A stretch of DNA of 64,000 nucleotides from Longimicrobiales bacterium (GCA_965249725.1 CBDFMQ010000002.1:2720001-2784000); one strand, 5' to 3'. Shown: positions 19,215-30,992, counted from the first letter of the stretch. The notes: a model not told the origin generated them from the letters alone. Made by a program: numbers and translations.

Positions 19215-19342
19215 GCGTGACGTACGGTCGCAGTCCGGGCCTCACTGGGCCGGACTCCATCGGATCCGGCCAGCGTCTGACCGGACTTCAAAGGTACCGC
19301 CTCGCGCAACCCGGGCTCAAGCGTCCGGATCAACCACCGCCT

Positions 19343-19829
19343 ATGAGCGGTACTTGGCTCATGACTGCACGATCGAACAAGGGACCCGGGATCCGAGACA
19401 GGAGTGGGATCCTCCTACGGATATGCGCCCTGCTCGGGCTGGGGGCACTCACCGGACTACCTGTGCTGTCCTGCTCCGACCCCTTAACCGAGACGTGCGC
19501 CTGCACGACGGAGTTCCGGTTCTTCACGGTCGAAGTGGTCGATGCCCAGGGCCAGCCGGCGACAGAGGTCGAGATCTCAGTGACGCGCCTCTCTGACGGG
19601 CAGGACCTCACGCCGCCCGACGAGATGGGGCTGAACCAACCGGGCGTCTACGTCATCCTCACGGACAACGCCCTCGGCGAAGTCACCGAAGCCGGGACCC
19701 TTGTCGAGGTGGTGGGAACGCGCGGGGACACCGGGTTTCGAGCACAGTTCGTCTTCAACCATGACGACTGCCGATGCCACGTGAGCCAGGTATCCGGTCC
19801 GGGCACGGTCCAGTTGGAGCCGCTCCCCT

Positions 19830-19831
<2 letters not shown>
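19343..19831 (+). CDS. Putative lipoprotein (start uncertain)
   Basis: Hydrophobic leader ending VLSC; CACTTEF...CRCHV cysteine motifs. Confidence 0.55.
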
Positions 19832-21847
<2,016 letters not shown>

Positions 21848-21888
21848 CTAACGTTCGCTCGGTTGTGGGTGACGAAGGTACGAGAGTC

Positions 21889-22206
21889 CTACCCGTCCCC
21901 CTCCATCAGCGTGAGGACGATCCTCTCGATCGCCCCGTCCTCCTCCAACTGTTCGTTGACCCGTTCCAGCAGGGCCCCTTTCATGAAGCCCAACTCCATC
22001 AGCCAGGCGCTGCTCTTCACTTCCACGAAAAGCGTCGTCGCTACGACCGCCCTGGCGTTCGTCACGTTGGCGATCTTCTCACCTACCGCCGCGGCCCACG
22101 CATCGAGGGCACCGACGCGCCGGATCTGATTCCCGACACCACGCGGCTTGAGCACATCGTCGAGCAGATCCCCGACACGGACCGGGCCGCCGCCGGTCAC
22201 GCGCAA
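21889..22206 (-). CDS. dciA: DUF721/DciA-family protein
   Basis: W...VG..IA..T......TLFVEVKSSAWLMEL; lies between recF and gyrB. Confidence 0.75.
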   Translation of the reverse strand: MRVTGGGPVRVGDLLDDVLKPRGVGNQIRRVGALDAWAAAVGEKIANVTNARAVVATTLFVEVKSSAWLMELGFMKGALLERVNEQLEEDGAIERIVLTLMEGDG

Positions 22207-23321
22207 ATCCGTCCGTCCCTAATGCCCCAGCGCGCCAGTCCGTCCCCTTGGAGTGGCACGTCGCTCTCCTTCGGCGCGGTGAGGATCACCTGGCCGAAAC
22301 GGCCATGGTCCATGAGGTGAAGCACACGCTCGCGACGGGCCTCGTCGAGTTCGGCGAACGCATCGTCCAACAGCAAAATCGGGTCCGTGCCTCGGGTCCG
22401 GCGGATGCAATCCCCTTCTACCAACCGGAGAGCCAATGCCGCGGTCCGTCGCTGTCCTCCTGAACCGAACTCACGCACCTCGGTCGTATGGGAACCGTCG
22501 GTCAAACTCAACAACAGTTCGTCGCGATGGGGTCCCGCACTGGTGTTGCGGAAACGGGCGTCGCGAGACCATCCGGCCTCCAGCGCCTCACGATACGCGT
22601 GGAGGACACCCTCTTCGTTCCAGCTTTCGACAGACACGTTGGGCACGTACTTCATGGCCGACGACGGTCCGCCACTCACAGCCTCATAGTAGCCCCGGAA
22701 CGCATCCTCCCACTCCTCCACCCACAGGAACCTGGCCAGCATCACGGTCGAAGCGGACGTGGCCAACGGCTCGTCCCAGGCTCGAACCACCGACGCCTGC
22801 TGATCACCCCTGAGCGCCGCGTTCCGCTGAGCGAGGACGTGCTTGTACTCCCGGAGGGAGGCCAGGTAACCGGGTTCGTTCAGGGAGAGAACGATGTCCA
22901 GGAAACGTCGCCGTGCGGACGGCCCCTCGTTTACGACGGCAACATCGGCTGGTGAGAAGATCACGGCCCCCAACAATCCGACGGCATCGCCGATTCGTGC
23001 CGGCTCGGCTCCGTCGACCGTCACCTTCCGGCGACCACTCGACGACTCGTACGCGGCAGCCACCTCCCTAGACCGGGCCTCGGTACCCTCCGGCGAGTCC
23101 AAGCAAGCCGACACCCGGAACACGTCTTCTCCGAAGGCGATGAGCTGCTCGGCGCGGGCTCCCCGGAACGACCTGAACGTCTCCAGATAGTAGATCGCTT
23201 CGAGCAGGTTGGACTTCCCTTGAGCGTTTGGGCCGACGATCGCCACCCCCTCCGACGGGAAGGTGAGCTCCTGATGCCCTAGGTTGCGAAAGAGCCGGAG
23301 CTTGAGCAGGCTCAGGTACAA
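22197..23321 (-). CDS. recF: DNA replication/repair protein RecF
   Basis: GPNAQGKSNLLEAIY, GPHRDEL, GSGGQRR, LLLDDAFAELD. Confidence 0.95.
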   Translation of the reverse strand: MYLSLLKLRLFRNLGHQELTFPSEGVAIVGPNAQGKSNLLEAIYYLETFRSFRGARAEQLIAFGEDVFRVSACLDSPEGTEARSREVAAAYESSSGRRKVTVDGAEPARIGDAVGLLGAVIFSPADVAVVNEGPSARRRFLDIVLSLNEPGYLASLREYKHVLAQRNAALRGDQQASVVRAWDEPLATSASTVMLARFLWVEEWEDAFRGYYEAVSGGPSSAMKYVPNVSVESWNEEGVLHAYREALEAGWSRDARFRNTSAGPHRDELLLSLTDGSHTTEVREFGSGGQRRTAALALRLVEGDCIRRTRGTDPILLLDDAFAELDEARRERVLHLMDHGRFGQVILTAPKESDVPLQGDGLARWGIRDGRICA

Positions 23322-23439
23322 GGCGCAGGTGCCAAAAATGGCCTTTCAAGCATGGGAGAATTTAACGATTTCCTAGGGTTCCAGCCACCCCTGTGAGACG
23401 TCGAAATCCCTTATGGTGCGCCCGTTTCCGGGCCCGCAC

Positions 23440-24225
23440 TCACTCGCCCTCGAAAGCCGGTTTCCTCTTCTCCAGGAACGCTGTCATCCCCTCCTTCATA
23501 TCGTCCGTCGACGCGAGGAGTCCGAAGAGTGCCGACTCGAAGCTCTGCGCATCGGCCGGAGCCGAGTCCTGGGCGAGATAGATGGACTCCAGCGCCATGC
23601 GAACCGCCACCGGACCGTTCTTGGTAATGCCCCGCGCGAAGGTCTTCGCCTGGTCTAGCAGCTCCTCCTGGGGATACACGGCGCTGACGAGCCCGATGCG
23701 CTCCGCCTTCGCCGCATCGACCATCGCTCCCGTGAGCGTCATCTCGACGGCCCTGCCCAGCCCGACCAAGCGAGAGAGCCTCAGGGTCCCGCCATACCCC
23801 GGGATGATGCCGAGCCCCACTTCAGGAAGTCCGAACTTGGCATTCTCGCTCGCTACCCGAAGGTGGCACGCCAGGGCGAGCTCGCACCCCCCGCCCAACG
23901 CATACCCTCCCACGGCTGCGAGCACCGGCTTGGGAAAGCGTTCGATCTCGGCGAAGATCCGCTGGCCGTCACGACTCACCTGAACACCACCTAGTGGGCT
24001 CATCTTGGCGAGTTCGCCGATGTCGGCACCGGCCACGAACGCCTTGTCTCCCGCTCCCGTCAGAATGACGCCCCGCACGTCGTCGTCATCCCGTAGGTCG
24101 CGGAAGACGGCGCCCAACTCACGGACGACCTCGGCATTCAAAGCGTTCAACTTGTCGGGACGGTCGATCACCACGATCGCTAAGTCGCCGTCCCACTCCA
24201 CACGGATGTATTGAAGGTCGCTCAT
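23440..24225 (-). CDS. Enoyl-CoA hydratase/crotonase
   Basis: AFVAGADI, GGGCELALACH, FGLPEV.LG. Confidence 0.92.
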   Translation of the reverse strand: MSDLQYIRVEWDGDLAIVVIDRPDKLNALNAEVVRELGAVFRDLRDDDDVRGVILTGAGDKAFVAGADIGELAKMSPLGGVQVSRDGQRIFAEIERFPKPVLAAVGGYALGGGCELALACHLRVASENAKFGLPEVGLGIIPGYGGTLRLSRLVGLGRAVEMTLTGAMVDAAKAERIGLVSAVYPQEELLDQAKTFARGITKNGPVAVRMALESIYLAQDSAPADAQSFESALFGLLASTDDMKEGMTAFLEKRKPAFEGE

Positions 24226-24418
24226 AGCCTGACTCGGTCGTTTCGGAATCGCATCGGTAGGCGCCGTCGGCCGGCGCGGGCACTCGGAAAGCTAGGAGGG
24301 GGCTGTGGGTGCCGCCACCCGGCCATAGCGCCCGGTTCCGGCCTTTGGTACTTTGGGCTCCGCCCGGCATCCGAGCCGGATCACGCCCCGCATTTGAAAC
24401 GCCAAGGAGTACTCTGAA

Positions 24419-24862
24419 ATGAGCCGGTCCCTCAACAAGGTCATGCTCATCGGTAACGTCGGAAGTGAGCCTGAGATTCGCGCCACGTCGTCGGGCAGTC
24501 GCGTAGCAAAGCTGTCACTGGCGACCAACCGACAGTGGAAAGACGGCTCCGGGCAGCAGCAGGAGAAGACCGAATGGCACCGGCTCACCTTCTTCGGTCG
24601 GCTCGTCGACATCGTGGAGCAGTGGGTGAAGAAGGGTGATCGCCTGTACGCCGAGGGGCGCGTCGAGTACTCGCAGACCGAGAAAGACGGCCAAACCCGC
24701 TACTGGACCGACATCGTCGTCTCAGAGATGGTGATGTTGGGTTCTACGGGTGGCGGTGGTGGCGGCGGCAGCGGTGGTGGTGGTGGTGGGTTCGGAGGCG
24801 CGCCCCCGAGCCAGGCACCGTCCGCTCCGATCGCGGAACCCGACGACGACCTTCCGTTCTGA
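24419..24862 (+). CDS. ssb: Single-stranded DNA-binding protein
   Basis: SLNKVMLIGN, TEWHR, Gly-rich linker, DDDLPF tail. Confidence 0.97.
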   Translation: MSRSLNKVMLIGNVGSEPEIRATSSGSRVAKLSLATNRQWKDGSGQQQEKTEWHRLTFFGRLVDIVEQWVKKGDRLYAEGRVEYSQTEKDGQTRYWTDIVVSEMVMLGSTGGGGGGGSGGGGGGFGGAPPSQAPSAPIAEPDDDLPF

Positions 24863-24887
24863 TCGCGGACCGGTCGGCCGAAGCTTC

Positions 24888-25238
24888 CTAAGAGTCGAGC
24901 GCCTCTTTCAGATCGCTCTCCCAAAGGCCGAGGAAATGAGCCTCGTACTGCGCGGGGTTGCGGGCGTAGTCCTCTGCCCAAGCGTCATAAGGCGGAAGAG
25001 CCAAGCGACGTGAAACACCCGACGTAGCCAGGTGGACCATTCGCTCATACGTGGGCTCGCCCTGGCCCCCCTCCAAGCGATGGGCCTCTTCTGCGAGCAC
25101 ATAGATCTCGTCGGGCGACAATAGGAGCAGGTGCTCGGCTACCTGAGCCGAACAGTACTCCAGGTACTTCGCCCGCAAGACCACGTCCGGCTCGTCTTCC
25201 TGTTCCTGAGGGGGGGTCTTGGGATCGGCGTCACTCAC
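24888..25238 (-). CDS. Hypothetical protein, stand-alone domain A
   Basis: LRAKYLEYCSAQ...LPPYDAWAEDY, shared with 26037 and 28129 ORFs; RBS GGAGG. Confidence 0.75.
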   Translation of the reverse strand: MSDADPKTPPQEQEDEPDVVLRAKYLEYCSAQVAEHLLLLSPDEIYVLAEEAHRLEGGQGEPTYERMVHLATSGVSRRLALPPYDAWAEDYARNPAQYEAHFLGLWESDLKEALDS

Positions 25239-25458
25239 GCCCGGCCTCCCGACTGACTCTCAGGCCCCTGTTGCGTACCGCCCTTCGGCACGCAAATCCT
25301 GGCCCGTCTTATGGTTACGTATTAGTGGAGGCGCTGCGTAGGGTCAAGGCCCGGGTGAAATACGTCGCAGTCGAAACAGGCTTGGGGCGGGGAGTCGCGA
25401 GGCTGCGTGTGAGACGCCGCAACGAATGGGGGAGACGCTGAAGGAGGAGGGCGACGCC

Positions 25459-25662
25459 CTAGGTGGCGAGTTGCGTCTGAGCGTCGCCGTCGTCGGGACT
25501 CTCACCCCGTTCACGCAAGTGACGATAGATCGATCGGCGGGTGAGTCCGTACAGCACGACCCGGCTCAGAAACTCCGGATCCGTCTTCTGGACTTCTTCC
25601 GCCTGCTCCGCAATATCACGAGGAAGTTGGACCTTGAGTTGAACGGAGCAGGTTTCCCACAT
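25459..25662 (-). CDS. Small hypothetical protein, possibly ribbon-helix-helix DNA binder
   Basis: RBS GAGAGGT; VQLKVQLP strand followed by two predicted helices; near-consensus upstream promoter. Confidence 0.65.
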   Translation of the reverse strand: MWETCSVQLKVQLPRDIAEQAEEVQKTDPEFLSRVVLYGLTRRSIYRHLRERGESPDDGDAQTQLAT

Positions 25663-25782
25663 GCGCGTACCTCTCCCACGATCTGATGGTTGAAATTTCT
25701 TGGAATGTTAGCAGGGATCGGATGATCCCACTGCAATCCAATGTCGTCTGGAAGGGCGAATTTATTTCTTCGAGGCGATCCC

Positions 25783-25811
25783 AGTATACAGGTCGTTTTC
25801 GATGGACGCAA
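25783..25811 (-). promoter_or_regulatory. sigma70-type promoter for the 67-aa protein
   Basis: TTGCGT-17 bp-TATACT on the minus strand in an AT-rich intergenic region. Confidence 0.65.
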
Positions 25812-26036
25812 GCCTTTTCCAGAGTTGTCGTGTGCCCAACGTAATCTTGTAACTTGTTGCACCACAAAGACTTATGAATGCCCATTTTTGGACAAAACCG
25901 GCTGTTCCTCACCACGCCACGGCAACGTTGTTTCCTGATTCCCCGATTTGGAAAACCAGCAACGATAGGCACTTACGGAATTGAGGTCACCGGAAATCTG
26001 CCCCAGGACTGGTGTTCATTTTTTGCAAAAAATGAA

Positions 26037-26678
26037 CTACGGCAGAGTGGACCTGAGGAAGGCGGTGAGTGTGGCCGAAGTGAACGACAGAAACCGGTCG
26101 CGGAGGTCTTGGAGCTCATCCTCGCAGAAGATGTCGCTGGTCCTGACGGAGGATTCAGCGGAGCCTCGATGGAAGCGAACGTACCCTCGCCAGAGGTCCT
26201 CGTCTCTGTAGACTTCGAGCGAGGCCTGCCAACGACGCGAGGCGTGCTCGACCTCCCTGACTTCGACCGTGACCGGCTCGGAGGGCTCGCCGGCATGGGG
26301 GTACGGCGCGCCCGCCTTGAGGTGGGCGAGGCGATGGGATTCGTAGTCCACCAACCAAACGTCGAACGACGGTAGTGGCAGCAGCTCGCGGCAGAAGCGA
26401 TGGAGCGTGGCCATGGGGTCCTTCGATTCGTGCAGACCGTGGTCCATCGCCCACTCTCTCGCCTCTCGATAGAGCGGGCGCACACCTTCGCGCGGCATCA
26501 GTTCCACGAGCCCTGCGGCTTGCCGCTGACAATACTCCGCGTACCTCCGCCTCAACGCCGAGGCGGTCGCGGGACGACCTGCCGCAGCCGGGGAACCCGA
26601 CGTCGGCGTCGGGGGACGCGACGTCGCACTCCGGCGCCCCGCTCTCACTCCTCGAATACGGTCCCGTTGCATCGCCAT
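26037..26678 (-). CDS. Hypothetical protein, domains A-B
   Basis: LRRRYAEYCQRQ...LPSFDVWLVDY then WRGYVRF...VRTSDIFCE. Confidence 0.75.
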   Translation of the reverse strand: MAMQRDRIRGVRAGRRSATSRPPTPTSGSPAAAGRPATASALRRRYAEYCQRQAAGLVELMPREGVRPLYREAREWAMDHGLHESKDPMATLHRFCRELLPLPSFDVWLVDYESHRLAHLKAGAPYPHAGEPSEPVTVEVREVEHASRRWQASLEVYRDEDLWRGYVRFHRGSAESSVRTSDIFCEDELQDLRDRFLSFTSATLTAFLRSTLP

Positions 26679-26698
26679 CGGTCGCGTCGGCCGCGGGC

Positions 26699-27610
26699 TC
26701 AGTGCACCGTACCACCGCCGACGGCGGCAGCATGGGTCCGAAGGGGCTCCGCCTTTACACGCCGCTCGCGGACGAACAGTCGGGCCAACGTCTCACGCGA
26801 GCCGAACGTGGACAGATGGTGCTCGACCGCCTTGAACCGACCCGGCTCGAAGCGGGCCAGGAGGCGGCCCAAGCCACGGCGGATGGTCACGAGCTCCTCC
26901 CGGGCCTCGGCCAAGGTCACCGGCAGGTTGAGGCGGACCTGGTATTGCACCGAGCCGCCCTCGTGGCCTTCCGTGATTCGCAGAACTTCACTATGGGGAA
27001 ACGCCTCGAGGACCGCCGCCTCTAGGTTCGCGTCCGGCTCGGGGGAAGGAGCACGGAAGATCAGCGCGTTGGCGTCGTAGTCCAGATAGGCTCGCGTGAT
27101 CCGGTGCTCCCCCGAGACGATCCGCACCGACGTGCCCTCGTGGAAGTCCAGGTCTCGACAGATGTCACGAAAACCGATTCGGAGGATGGAGGGACGGGTC
27201 AACGGACCGTATCCCACGCGACCGAGCAGGCTCAGAGCCATCTGGAAGCAGTACGCCCCCAGGGGGCCTCCATGCTCGTCCGCCTCACCGACGGCACGCT
27301 CCCTGATGAGGCTGTTCACATGCTCCAGCGTCGGCTCGTAAACCCAGTCCAGCACCACCAGCTCGGAGCTGAGGTCGAGCATCTTGACCGTGGAACTCCC
27401 GAGGTCCAGCACCTCTGCCGACGACGCAAAGCGGCCCTCCAGCACCAATGCCAACCCGATATCCTGAATCCTCCCACCAGGAGGATCGATCTCATGGAGA
27501 TCCCGGTACTGAACCACAGCCCGAGTGAGCGGAAGCTCGCAAATTCCGGGCACATCGGCCATCGCCTCCGGCCGCGCCTCAGACTGCAGTGAAAGGCTCG
27601 TCGCGTTCAT
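26699..27610 (-). CDS. Hypothetical protein
   Basis: RBS GAGGGAG before ATG 27610; normal composition; operonic with 26037 ORF. Confidence 0.7.
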   Translation of the reverse strand: MNATSLSLQSEARPEAMADVPGICELPLTRAVVQYRDLHEIDPPGGRIQDIGLALVLEGRFASSAEVLDLGSSTVKMLDLSSELVVLDWVYEPTLEHVNSLIRERAVGEADEHGGPLGAYCFQMALSLLGRVGYGPLTRPSILRIGFRDICRDLDFHEGTSVRIVSGEHRITRAYLDYDANALIFRAPSPEPDANLEAAVLEAFPHSEVLRITEGHEGGSVQYQVRLNLPVTLAEAREELVTIRRGLGRLLARFEPGRFKAVEHHLSTFGSRETLARLFVRERRVKAEPLRTHAAAVGGGTVH

Positions 27611-27696
27611 CGTGTCTCCCTCTGACGTAAAACGCCCCCAGTGCCGGCAGGCCGGCCCACGAGGGCGATTCCGCGAGTCTGGGGCATACGACGCCC

Positions 27697-27726
27697 TTGA
27701 CACTCGTTCGACGATCTTCTTACTTT
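27697..27726 (+). promoter_or_regulatory. sigma70-type promoter of putative sRNA-1
   Basis: TTGACA-18 bp-TACTTT. Confidence 0.55.
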
Positions 27727-27732
27727 TCCCGT

Positions 27733-27810
27733 AGCGAACGAGGAAAAGCGGGTCGCCACCCGTGTGTTCCAGCGAGAGTCTCGGTGCCAGCCGGGACTCT
27801 CAATTTTTTT
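27733..27810 (+). ncRNA. Putative small RNA 1 (~78 nt)
   Basis: Between the promoter above and terminator GAGAGTCTCGG-TGCCAG-CCGGGACTCTC-AATTTTTTT; no ORF. Confidence 0.45.
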
Positions 27811-27856
27811 CTGGGTATGTCTCGCCCGACCGGCACCACATCGTGGCTGACCGGGC

Positions 27857-27951
27857 AAAAAAACCCGGCATTCTCGCCGGGTTTCGTCTGCGCTCCCAAC
27901 GGCCATCATTGACCGTAGGATGCGGTTTTTCGGGGCTTTCCATGCCCCGAC
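27857..27951 (-). ncRNA. Putative small RNA 2 (~95 nt)
   Basis: Hairpin TCGGGGC-ATGGAAA-GCCCCGA, second long stem, terminator ACCCGGC-GAGAAT-GCCGGGT-TTTTTT. Confidence 0.5.
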
Positions 27952-27957
27952 GTTCCC

Positions 27958-27987
27958 ACGATAACAATATGTTTACCATTCTGGCAA
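27958..27987 (-). promoter_or_regulatory. sigma70-type promoter of putative sRNA-2 (extended -10)
   Basis: TTGCCA-18 bp-TATCGT with TGn extension. Confidence 0.5.
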
Positions 27988-28128
27988 GACGTTTCTCACC
28001 GTGGGCAGAACCGCGGCGTTCGTCTTCCTTGCCCCCAATGACGCGCGCGGACATCTTGGGAATCGTCACGCTGCGCACGGCTGCTCGGCAATCCTCCGTG
28101 CCCCTGAGCACCTCACACGATAGAGAAC

Positions 28129-28821
28129 TTGGCCGAACACGCCTTAATCGATCGCGCGCGCCAACGTTCGCTCGGGTTTCTGGAATCGGACGGTGAGAAC
28201 TGGGCCTGCTTTCTCATCACCTTCCAGGGCCGGGACAGCCAGTGGCATGGCCACCTTTCGTTCCGCCCCCGTGACAGCGAAGGCGAGGTGGACGAGGTCC
28301 GCACGGCGGACATCTTCATCGAGGCCTGCGAGTCGGATATCGACCAGAAGGCGAGAGGGCTCGGCCGACCGCTCATTCGGGCACTGTTTTCCTCTGCTCT
28401 CCACGCCCAGAAGCGGGACGAGGCAGAGTCGCCCAAGCTGCGCAAATGGTTTCGGACACTGCTCTCGGAGAACTCCCAGGAAATGGCGGCGGCAGCGGGA
28501 GCCTGCCTTGAGGATCCGTCCCAAGCCGATGTTGCGGAGCTTCGATCCCTGTACGATTCCTACCGGCTGGATCAGGTCTGTCACTTCATCGCGCTGCTCA
28601 AGCCCGATGACTTCGAGTCCGCGGTGGATCGCATCCTCGAAGGGCAGGCCGTCGACTTCGGGGCGAAGGATCGGCTCCAGCTTGCCATGATGGTCGTGGA
28701 GTACATCGAGAGCCGCATCCCCATGCCGCCTTTCGAGGTCTGGACGGCCGATTTCCTGGCCAACCGGGAGGAGTACCTCCTCTACGCCCACACGCTCCAT
28801 CGCGAGGGAAGACTTCCCTAG
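28129..28821 (+). CDS. Hypothetical protein, domains B-A
   Basis: WHGHLSF...VRTADIFIE then [12 protein letters not shown]...[11 protein letters not shown]. Confidence 0.75.
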   Translation: MAEHALIDRARQRSLGFLESDGENWACFLITFQGRDSQWHGHLSFRPRDSEGEVDEVRTADIFIEACESDIDQKARGLGRPLIRALFSSALHAQKRDEAESPKLRKWFRTLLSENSQEMAAAAGACLEDPSQADVAELRSLYDSYRLDQVCHFIALLKPDDFESAVDRILEGQAVDFGAKDRLQLAMMVVEYIESRIPMPPFEVWTADFLANREEYLLYAHTLHREGRLP

Positions 28822-28886
28822 TCGACCTACCTCCACTATTTTTTTGGCTCTTGGCTTTGGAGTTTCACCAGAGGAGAGCACTTCTC

Positions 28887-29084
28887 TTGGAAGTAACCAT
28901 TCAGGACAACGAGAGCCTCGAGCGAGCGCTCCGGCGGTTCAAACGTAAAGTACAGAGATCGGGACTCTACTCGGAGCTCCGTAAGCGTCGCTTCTACGAG
29001 AAGCCCAGTGCCCAGCGGAAGCGGAAGCGCGAGGCCGCGATCCGACGAGAGCGCCGGCGCCAGCGACGGGGCAAGCGCCCCTAA
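28887..29084 (+). CDS. rpsU: 30S ribosomal protein S21
   Basis: [14 protein letters not shown]...RFYEKPS; TTG start after RBS GAGGAG. Confidence 0.95.
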   Translation: MEVTIQDNESLERALRRFKRKVQRSGLYSELRKRRFYEKPSAQRKRKREAAIRRERRRQRRGKRP

Positions 29085-29124
29085 CCCGCGCCCACGTCTC
29101 GGGCCTGCAAAGCCAGCACCAAGC

Positions 29125-29158
29125 AAACGGCGACCCACTCGGGTCACCGTTTTTTTTT
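29125..29158 (+). terminator. Intrinsic terminator after rpsU
   Basis: AAACGGCGACCC-ACTC-GGGTCACCG followed by T9. Confidence 0.85.
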
Positions 29159-29183
29159 GTTATGGAAGCCCCGTTGGGCTGTC

Positions 29184-29975
29184 TTACGCAGCCCGGACGA
29201 AGAGAGGACCCAGGTCAGCCCAGCGGCTGAGGTAGTCCGGGGTAAGCAGCTCGCGACTGATCCGCGTCAGTACGTGCAGACGTCCCTCGAGAGTCGAGGC
29301 GTCCGATAGCGTCAGGCCCGTCAGCGAACGGAACGCCCGGCAGAGGTTGCCGTTGCTCGAGTACCCCAAGTGAAACGCCACCCTGGCCGTGGTCATATCG
29401 TGCCGGTTGAGCAGTTCGCTCGCACAGAGAGCCCGCAGCCGAGTCGTATACGCGAACGGCGACGGCAGGTCTCGCCGCCGGAAACGCGCCTTGAGTGCCC
29501 CTGATGTGAGGCCGACCGCCTCCGCCACCTCGTCGAGGCGAGCGTACTTGGACGGAAACTCCAATGTTCTCCGTCCGAGGGCGCTCAGTTCAGGCGGCAG
29601 AGAATGCCCCGCAGCCCGGCCGAGGTCCCGTAGGAGCCCTTCCACCCAATCGATCGGAAGCGCCGCCTCGTTGATCAGATGGCGCATCCTGGCCGGAGCC
29701 GTATCGATCCGCTGAATCGCTATGGCCGACCGCGAGCGGCGCAGTCCCGGGAGCTCGAGCGGCGCCAGTTCCAGCACCGGAAGATGGGAGCCGGCGGCTC
29801 TGAGCAGCCCCTCCACGCCCCCCTCCACGCCGCGTTCGATGACGGAAACCCTCGGGAAACCCGACTGGAGGGCCGCCGACACATCTTCCGCACGCCAAAA
29901 CACGTCCTCGGCGGGGAAGGCTGCCCTCCGGACGGAATGGAGCAGGAACGGGTTCTCAACGGCTGCGAGGATCAT
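29184..29975 (-). CDS. AraC-family transcriptional regulator
   Basis: LDEVAEAVGLT..AL...F, VAFHLGYSS.GNLCRAFRSLTG. Confidence 0.8.
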   Translation of the reverse strand: MILAAVENPFLLHSVRRAAFPAEDVFWRAEDVSAALQSGFPRVSVIERGVEGGVEGLLRAAGSHLPVLELAPLELPGLRRSRSAIAIQRIDTAPARMRHLINEAALPIDWVEGLLRDLGRAAGHSLPPELSALGRRTLEFPSKYARLDEVAEAVGLTSGALKARFRRRDLPSPFAYTTRLRALCASELLNRHDMTTARVAFHLGYSSNGNLCRAFRSLTGLTLSDASTLEGRLHVLTRISRELLTPDYLSRWADLGPLFVRAA

Positions 29976-30036
29976 ACTTCAATACTGTAAACGCACCGGG
30001 AGCCGGGCAAGCTTCAAGAACTGCGCTCGTCGTCCC

Positions 30037-30915
30037 TCAGATCGGCAGGGGCGTCGGCTGCTCTCCAGACCAGTCGTAGAATCCCTGGCCGGTCTTCCTC
30101 CCGTAGCGTCCCATGGCAACGATCCGCTTGAGCAGCGGGGGCGGCGCGTAGCGCTCCTCTCGATACTCGTCGAACATGATCTCCGAGATGCGGTAGAGCG
30201 TGTCGATGCCCACGAAATCGCACAGTACGAACGGACCCATGGGGTAGCCGAGGCCGAGCGTCATCGCCTTGTCCATATCCACGATGCTAGCGACACCGCG
30301 CTCGAGCTGCCTTATGGCGTCGAGCATATAGGGCACGAGGAGTAGGTTCACCACGAAGCCCGAGTTGTCTTTCGCCGTAATGGGGTCCTTGCCGAGCGCC
30401 GCGGCGAACGCGAACGCGGCGTCGAAGGCCTCGTCACTGGTCGCGATGGTACGCACGACCTCGACGAGCTTCATGACCGGTACCGGGTTGAAGAAGTGAA
30501 GACCCACTACCCTGTCGGGCCGCCCCGTGCCCGCCGCCATATCCGTGATGGGCAGCGAAGACGTGTTCGAAGCGAAGATCGTGTCGGCTCCACAGAGTTC
30601 GTCGAGCGCCGAGAAAAGCTCGTTCTTCGCATCCATGTCCTCCACGATGGCCTCGATCACGAGATCCCGGTCAGCGAGGTCCGCCAGCTCGGTCGTGAAA
30701 CGAATGCGGCCCCAGGCCGCGTCCCGATCGGCGCCCTCGAGCTTACCCTTGTCGACCGCCCGATCCAACGACTTCTTGATCCTCGCCTGGCCCGCTTCCA
30801 GGAATTCGGCGGTAACCTCACGAACGACAACGTCGAAGCCCTTCTTGGCGGCCACTTCGGCGATCCCGCTCCCCATGAGACCGCAACCGACTACGCCCAC
30901 TTTCTCTATGCTCAC
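30037..30915 (-). CDS. hbd: 3-hydroxybutyryl-CoA dehydrogenase
   Basis: GCGLMGSGIA, ASNTSSL, GLHFFNPVPVMKLVE, YPMGP. Confidence 0.92.
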   Translation of the reverse strand: MSIEKVGVVGCGLMGSGIAEVAAKKGFDVVVREVTAEFLEAGQARIKKSLDRAVDKGKLEGADRDAAWGRIRFTTELADLADRDLVIEAIVEDMDAKNELFSALDELCGADTIFASNTSSLPITDMAAGTGRPDRVVGLHFFNPVPVMKLVEVVRTIATSDEAFDAAFAFAAALGKDPITAKDNSGFVVNLLLVPYMLDAIRQLERGVASIVDMDKAMTLGLGYPMGPFVLCDFVGIDTLYRISEIMFDEYREERYAPPPLLKRIVAMGRYGRKTGQGFYDWSGEQPTPLPI

Positions 30916-30992
30916 TGGTCCTCCAGTTGATTAGGTGCGTCGGGACGACGAAGGACCGTCGATTCGTCGGTCGGTCCCGAGCACTCGTTCGT

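Noticed and set aside
24748..24790. GGT/GGC trinucleotide run
   Set aside because: Normal Gly-rich SSB linker
25680..26030. oriC (AT-rich, near recF/gyrB/ssb)
   Set aside because: No TTATCCACA-like box cluster or dnaA; explained as a promoter region
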